NCBI GenBank assembly: GCA_013375475.1
Contig: JABXKD010000003.1
Location: 39,866 to 103,865, forward strand
Direction: 5' to 3'
From: Promethearchaeota archaeon
Lineage (GTDB): Archaea; Asgardarchaeota; Lokiarchaeia; Sigyniarchaeales; SOKP01
DNA: 64,000 bases
Shown here: one piece after another, positions 58,913-64,000 of the stretch
Position numbering within the stretch: the first letter of the stretch is position 1
How the letters are laid out: each line of letters opens with the position of its first letter
Program-made: the position numbers and the translations under genes
The notes under the pieces: generated by a model
What the model was told of the DNA's origin: nothing
Database searches by the model: none
What the model saw: only the letters and a program-made list of their open reading frames with translations

Positions 58913-59593
58913 ATGGTTCGATGGACTGCAGATCATAATATCTATATAAAAATCCTTTACTGGGGTATGGGTGGATCAGGAAAAACAACGATTGTAGACT
59001 CATTATATAGATTGACTAAGGAACAGAAAAAAGATATCACTCCGACTGGAAATTTAACCAAAATATCAATGGCAAGTGGGTCTACATTATATTTTGATAG
59101 AGGTATATTTCAATCAACTAAACAGAATAAAGTATACTACCATGTTTATACAGTTGCAGGCCAAAGCAGGTTTTCTCCCTTAAGAAAAAAAATCTTCAAG
59201 GGCACTGACGGAGTTATATTTGTTGTGGATTCCCAAACTCACTTCTTCGAAGATAATATTGAATCTTTAAAAGAGCTAAAAAATATAACGCGGGGGAAGT
59301 TAATTAAAGAAATTCCGTTAATAACTATGTTGAACAAGCAAGATCTTAACGAAACTATTGGAGAAGAAGATTTTAAGCAAGTGCTTAAAGAGGAAAAGCT
59401 TTGGTTCGAACCGGATCATGAATTATATATCTGGAATCCAATAATCTATAAAACTTGCGCTTTATACGAAAAGAAAAGAGATGTATATAGAAGTTTTAGC
59501 GAATGTGCAAGACGAACGGGCTTATATCAAATATATGGAGATGGAAAAGCACCAGTTGGCGATAATTTCAGTAGAGATATCCCTAAATTCTAA
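58913..59593 (+). CDS. Small GTPase, MglA/Arf-like
   Basis: GMGGSGKTT, TLYFD, TVAGQ, DGVIFVVDS, NKQD. Confidence 0.92.
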   Translation: MVRWTADHNIYIKILYWGMGGSGKTTIVDSLYRLTKEQKKDITPTGNLTKISMASGSTLYFDRGIFQSTKQNKVYYHVYTVAGQSRFSPLRKKIFKGTDGVIFVVDSQTHFFEDNIESLKELKNITRGKLIKEIPLITMLNKQDLNETIGEEDFKQVLKEEKLWFEPDHELYIWNPIIYKTCALYEKKRDVYRSFSECARRTGLYQIYGDGKAPVGDNFSRDIPKF

Positions 59594-60013
59594 TTCTTCT
59601 TAGTTAAGTATCTTTTACTTGTAGCGGTAATTATTTTTTAATAAAATAAAAAAAGGAAAAAATACTTTATTTTACAATAATTAGTCCCTATTCTTTTATG
59701 CATATACCATTTTCAATTAATTGTAAACTAATACCGCAATTTACAGCAATAACATAAAAAAGGTTTCTTAAACATCTACTGAAAAAAATTTAATATCTCA
59801 AAATTTACTAGGGTTTCCCTAAGGTTATAAAAATTCAATGAAAATAACTAATAAACATGACCTATAATATTTAGGAATGAAATGTTATAGTTACCTTGAG
59901 GATTATAAAAACCGACATCTCTAAAGACAAATTTTAATTTAATTTAATAATTTATTTAAATTCTAATTCATTTCACACAATATTAACCAATATAGTAATA
60001 TTTTGAAATAGAG

Positions 60014-60196
60014 ATGGGAGTTTACAACACAATAAAAGAAGAACTACCAAGACAATTTTCAATTTTTCAGTTAATAACTATTCTAGGAATTGATTCCCAA
60101 GAAGTTCGTAAAGTGAGAAATTTGCTAAAGCAATTTCATAAACAAGGATTTGTCAAGCGGCTCTCAAAAAATATGTATGAGAAAATTGAAAAATAA
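60014..60196 (+). CDS. Small winged-helix protein
   Basis: FSIFQL......VRNLLKQF.KQGFVKRLSKNMY. Confidence 0.65.
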   Translation: MGVYNTIKEELPRQFSIFQLITILGIDSQEVRKVRNLLKQFHKQGFVKRLSKNMYEKIEK

Positions 60197-60203
60197 AAAA
60201 ATC

Positions 60204-60797
60204 CTAATTAGTAATACTCATTTTTAAGGTCAATTGAGGAAAAATAAAAGTAATAATTTTATTAAAAGAATCTAAAATTCCCTTTCCCTCAATTGCTACA
60301 GTTTTATTAACGGAAAGTTGCTTAAAACGATTCAAATTTATCCTAGTTAGAAATTCATGGCGAATCATTTTCTGAGTCTCCTCAAAATCGTATTTATTTA
60401 GTGAAATAACCAGAGGTAAATTATAAAAATCTTCTCCAAACATCGTCTTTAGTTCGTTCCATGATCTTATATTATGTTGCAAGCATTGTGCTCGTGAGTC
60501 AACAACAAAAATTATACCATCCACACCATTTAAAGTAGCAGGGCGAGTGCTGGCATAAAAATCCTGCCCTGTAGCAGAATATATTAGAAATTTTAAACTC
60601 CACTCTGCACCTTCAAATTGTAACACACCAAAATCAAAAAATAGAGTCCTTCCTACTGTACTATCAATTGAGTTTAAAGTATCCCCCCTATTAAAAAAGG
60701 AAAATAAATGTTTTATTGACGTTGTTTTCCCAGACATCGCAGGACCATAATAAACAATTTTAATCTGCAAAGTTTTATTCTCATAATCATATATCAT
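60204..60797 (-). CDS. Small GTPase, MglA-like
   Basis: KIVYYGPAMSGKTT, RTLFFD, SATGQ, DGIIFVVDS, NKYD. Confidence 0.92.
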   Translation of the reverse strand: MIYDYENKTLQIKIVYYGPAMSGKTTSIKHLFSFFNRGDTLNSIDSTVGRTLFFDFGVLQFEGAEWSLKFLIYSATGQDFYASTRPATLNGVDGIIFVVDSRAQCLQHNIRSWNELKTMFGEDFYNLPLVISLNKYDFEETQKMIRHEFLTRINLNRFKQLSVNKTVAIEGKGILDSFNKIITFIFPQLTLKMSITN

Positions 60798-60803
60798 ATT
60801 CTC

Positions 60804-61709
60804 TTAACCCCATAATGATTGCATACTATCTAATGCATTAACTTTTTTCCCATTCTCAATTAGAAGTGAAAAGTCTTCTTCCCATTCTTTATTAATAAAA
60901 GAAACGAGTCTGTCAATGGACGCGTCATTATAATCTATAGTTTCTAAAAGCGTTTTGCTCCCGATTTTAGTATTCATATTTATATTGTTTAGCAAATTTA
61001 ACCTGGAGAAAATAAAAAAAGCTCGTTTTGAACCCGAATAAAAGTTTTGAATCTCTTTTTTAAATATATTTCTCTTTAACTCTTCTTTTTCGACATCAAA
61101 ATCCAGAAGAGTTTTTACCAAATCTTCGTCAATTTCTTCCGTCTTAACTTTCCCTGAAAGCGTCCTCTTCATTTTTATAATAGACTTTTCAGTATCTTGA
61201 GATATTTTATGAAGAACATCTCGTTCAAATGTAAGATCAAGTAGTTTCCAATTTAATCCAACAACTTCAACTAGAATTGAGTTAGAAAAGAATGCAATAC
61301 TCAAAAAATGGTTAATTTTTTTTTTAACGCTATTGATAAATTGACGAACCCTCTCTTTCTCATGTGGTATCTCAATACCAATTATCCAAGAATTAAATTG
61401 CTCGAATTGATTCAAGGCTTTAAGCGCAACACTTGAAGGGCATCGTATGTGAGTTCTTTGGGAATTATAATCTACACTTTCGTTCATCAGCAAATTATCA
61501 TATTCGTTTGTTGAAATAAAATCAGTATAGAAGATAAACTCTCTACGAAAATGGATTAAATTCGAGAGATCAATTATAAAATCATCTACCTTTTCTGCAT
61601 CATTACCATATACGATAATAGGAACTCTGTCTAAAAGCGCGTAAAGAATTAATGCTGCATCTGGGACTTTTAATACATCCAGCAACTTGAAGAAATTCAA
61701 TATTTTCAC
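60804..61709 (-). CDS. Hypothetical protein with DENN-core-like N-terminal region
   Basis: LYALLDRVPIIVYG......FI..L..LI.FR ... SWIIG resembles the cDENN pattern. Confidence 0.55.
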   Translation of the reverse strand: MKILNFFKLLDVLKVPDAALILYALLDRVPIIVYGNDAEKVDDFIIDLSNLIHFRREFIFYTDFISTNEYDNLLMNESVDYNSQRTHIRCPSSVALKALNQFEQFNSWIIGIEIPHEKERVRQFINSVKKKINHFLSIAFFSNSILVEVVGLNWKLLDLTFERDVLHKISQDTEKSIIKMKRTLSGKVKTEEIDEDLVKTLLDFDVEKEELKRNIFKKEIQNFYSGSKRAFFIFSRLNLLNNINMNTKIGSKTLLETIDYNDASIDRLVSFINKEWEEDFSLLIENGKKVNALDSMQSLWG

Positions 61710-61713
61710 CTAA

Positions 61714-62715
61714 TCACTTAATAACTAATTCTCCTAACAAGGTCTTAATATCGAATGTGCTTTGATTTTGAAGTTCTGAAGCTTGTTTAACGAGATATCG
61801 TATTTTAGTTGAAAATTGGGGAAGTATTAAGCGAATTAAACCTAATTTTTGTCGAGATTTACCGATTTCAGCACTAAATATTGCTTTTCCTAAGCCGTAA
61901 ATAAATTGGAACTTATCATCACAATCGAGCAAAATACTATCGGCATTCATTTTTTTCAGCAACCAAGCACATCTATTTGCCGTCTGAAAAAGGGAATAAC
62001 TCATCGCAGAGATGTTGTCTAGACTATCGTTGTTTTGAGTGGTTTTTTTCAAAATCTTTGACGCTATAAAACCTCCTTCTATTGTGATGTAAGCAAATTT
62101 TAAGTCGGGAATAGCAATGGAGAAATTATTTAAGAGCTTTCTTAATTCCATAGAGATGCTTTCTGAAAGATTTAATGAAAAAGAAGATACTTTAAAATTA
62201 AAATCCTCATTCTCTTTAACATTAAAACCCTGTATAATACTTTGAATTCTTTGGTCATCAAATTGGACTAGCGGTGGTTTAAACGATTCACCAGAAGTAA
62301 TTAATGTAGTTTTTATCTTTTTTAAGCATTCGTTAGTTTGGAGAAAAATACCCCCTAAGTTTGTGTTAGGTTGTGCAGTGATAGCGATGAAAAACTCGTG
62401 CTTATTATCAATTATACCCTGCTGTTGTAGAATTCTATTTAAAGAGTAATGAACAGGGCTATTAAGAGGAGCAATTAAAATTTTCGCTTTTTTTCCTTCT
62501 ATTAAAATATATTTTAAGTTGTTTGGATGTAAATGTATCCCAACATTAAAAATAGCACTGGTTGCCGAACTTACATTAAAAATTTCATCCTTTGAGAACC
62601 AAACTCCCGCTGATTGAATTGGATTTCCATCTCTTTGTGTTAAAACTGCATTTTCTACCCCTTTCAGTTGTTTTATCTGATCGAGATGAATTCCTATTTT
62701 TTCTTTTAATTCCAT
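61714..62715 (-). CDS. Tandem (double) roadblock/LC7 protein
   Basis: Two modules: GVENAVLTQRDGNPI..SSATSAIF and DLKFAYITIEGGFIAS..SAMSYSLF; each ends with a N/KLG.I.L helix. Confidence 0.85.
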   Translation of the reverse strand: MELKEKIGIHLDQIKQLKGVENAVLTQRDGNPIQSAGVWFSKDEIFNVSSATSAIFNVGIHLHPNNLKYILIEGKKAKILIAPLNSPVHYSLNRILQQQGIIDNKHEFFIAITAQPNTNLGGIFLQTNECLKKIKTTLITSGESFKPPLVQFDDQRIQSIIQGFNVKENEDFNFKVSSFSLNLSESISMELRKLLNNFSIAIPDLKFAYITIEGGFIASKILKKTTQNNDSLDNISAMSYSLFQTANRCAWLLKKMNADSILLDCDDKFQFIYGLGKAIFSAEIGKSRQKLGLIRLILPQFSTKIRYLVKQASELQNQSTFDIKTLLGELVIK

Positions 62716-62862
62716 TTTAAATCTTGAAGCTCTTTTTTTAAATTGATATTTTTAAATTAGAACTTAGATTTTTAAACTACGAATATTTGCAGATTTATGC
62801 GTTAATTTCCCCCAAAAAGAAAAAATTTAAAACAAATCCTACTTAAATAATATTATAACAAT

Positions 62863-62933
62863 TCGCATCTTTACCGGTGTAAGCTTGGATTACGGTATTA
62901 ACCGTTAAATGAAAAGATAATTCATTGATGCGA
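62863..62933. ncRNA. Cloverleaf-like structured element upstream of the 16S gene
   Basis: 7-bp closing stem TCGCATC/GATGCGA enclosing hairpins TTAC/GTAA, ACGGT/ACCGT and AATGAA/TTCATT. Confidence 0.5.
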
Positions 62934-63069
62934 TATAAAAAATGTAGTTATAATTTAACCAATTATAACTGAAGGAAGTTTTATTAAGAACCCTAAAGTA
63001 AGTGAGTAATTGAGATTATTCACAATTTAAGTAATATTTAGGTTTTTGCGACAAATTAAAAAAATAATT

Positions 63070-64000
<931 letters not shown>

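Noticed and set aside
59815-59912. Repeated CCT(A/TG)AGG-(A)TTATAAAA motifs
   Set aside because: Two loose copies ending in TATA-like boxes; most simply promoters, with too little evidence for a distinct element

Overview
AT-rich archaeal chromosomal window. The 16S rRNA 5' part, roadblock/MglA-type GTPase/V4R proteins, class I LysRS and BHB-intron tRNAs point to an Asgard archaeon, most likely Lokiarchaeia; this is inferred and was not searched. Most of it is core genome: eL15, uL3-uL4-uL23, eS17, Rqc2, ABCE1, RNase P proteins Rpp30/Pop5, arcTGT, Trm5, AK6, two TFBs, Orc1/Cdc6, TrpB2 and PyrI. It also carries a dispersed type IV/Tad-like pilus set and several eukaryotic-signature-like proteins. 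No CRISPR array, transposase or integrase was seen. The best signals are missing from the ORF track: (1) a 16-codon Trp-rich leader peptide (MVTENFDFCWQWPWRS) with alternative RNA pairings ahead of trpB2, a candidate archaeal attenuation system; (2) three tRNAs with four non-canonical introns, including tRNA-Ile with an intron at 7/8 and a tandem copy of its own spliced 5' end; (3) a box C/D guide RNA whose N+5 position fits the 23S P-loop Gm2251; (4) ORB-like inverted elements around an AT-rich spacer about 15 kb from cdc6; (5) a 37-aa signal-peptide-like ORF divergent from a 1211-aa regulator-like gene; (6) a roadblock + DENN-like + GTPase operon; (7) a cloverleaf-like structure upstream of the 16S gene. 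All assignments come from reading motifs by eye; no database searches were run.
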